Part shown: positions 63,462 to 64,000 of the stretch, piece after piece
How the letters are laid out: every line of letters begins with the position of its first letter
Numbering within the stretch: the stretch's first letter is position 1
From: an uncultured Actinomycetota bacterium
GTDB lineage: Bacteria > Actinomycetota > Actinomycetes > JACCUZ01
DNA length: 64,000 nt
NCBI GenBank assembly: GCA_963697675.1
Contig: CAVOOW010000011.1
Coordinates: forward strand, 9,675 to 73,674
Direction: 5' to 3'
Program-made: the position numbers and the translations under genes
The notes under the pieces: model-generated
The model's database searches: none
Told to the model about the DNA's origin: nothing
The model's input: only the letters and a program-made list of their open reading frames with translations

Positions 63462-64000
63462 TCAGGCGCGGCGTCCCAGGAACTCGCCGTTGAGCTCACG
63501 CTGCAGGTCGACGTCGCCCCACATCGGGTGCTGCGGCGCGGCGTTCGAGCAGACGATCGTGCCCCAGGCGCCGACGTCTGCGGACCGGCGCATGGCGTGG
63601 CGCGCGATTGCCTGGCCGATCGGGCCTTCCTCGAACGAGGTGTACAGCGGCGTGTAGCCGACCCAGCCTTCCCCGAACACGAGCGGGACGGACTGCGCAG
63701 TGGCCCAGTCCGCGGCCACGTCGATCCACAGATCGAGCAGCTGGTATGTCGAGCGGTGGTGCTCGCCGTAGCGCTCGTACAGCCATCTGTCCCAGGCGTC
63801 GGGGTCGCACCAGTCGTGGACATAGAGCTCACGCGCCCGCATCACGGTCGCGCCCATCCGCCAACGGTCTTCCGCCGGCGGCTGCCAGTGCTCGAACGGG
63901 GGAGCACCGTCCCGGAGCAGGACTTCGCTCGCGAGGCGCTGGGGGAACGGGCGCGACTCATCGCGCAGCGCGAAGGTCTCGACGAGCTCGCCGAGTACGC
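63462..64000 (-). CDS. Cellulase-like family protein, C-terminal part (runs off window)
   Basis: WDRWLYERYG, FGEGWVGYTPL, WGTIVCSNAAPQHPMW. Confidence 0.65.
   Translation of the reverse strand, partial: VLGELVETFALRDESRPFPQRLASEVLLRDGAPPFEHWQPPAEDRWRMGATVMRARELYVHDWCDPDAWDRWLYERYGEHHRSTYQLLDLWIDVAADWATAQSVPLVFGEGWVGYTPLYTSFEEGPIGQAIARHAMRRSADVGAWGTIVCSNAAPQHPMWGDVDLQRELNGEFLGRRA

Overview
This is a high-GC actinobacterial chromosome segment, judged from GC content, LAL regulators, a mycothiol-dependent enzyme, a CebR box and leaderless TANNNT promoters. Many genes are broken by single-base indels, most likely long-read assembly errors. From left to right it holds: an ECF sigma/anti-sigma pair; three AAA-LuxR (LAL) regulators around a methyltransferase plus SufS-like PLP enzyme; a yahEFG/fdrA-type operon with an NCS1 permease; a collagen-like secreted protein; and a 7-gene cluster of 3 ATP-grasp ligases, 2 esterases, an M20 peptidase and an S51-like peptidase. 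Next comes a roughly 4 kb island (29.1-33.3 kb). It carries an orphan endolysin-like amidase, an acidic two-repeat peptide interrupted by a clean A25 insertion, an XRE-HTH/TPR regulator, a small HTH protein, a 25-bp VNTR, a candidate structured RNA and a 45-aa secreted peptide ending in Cys-Cys that is missing from the ORF track. The remainder has efflux genes, a GH6 cellulase, a Cache-PAS-GGDEF-EAL protein, fhs, a xylo-oligosaccharide (bxl-like) cluster, a TetR/FAD monooxygenase pair, GH20/GNAT, phospholipase C and two copies of a REP-like palindrome. The best candidates for an undescribed system are the XRE-TPR receptor plus secreted CC-peptide island (RRNPP-like peptide signalling in an actinobacterium) and the triple ATP-grasp/esterase/peptidase cluster. 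I saw no rRNA, tRNA, CRISPR array, integrase or transposase.
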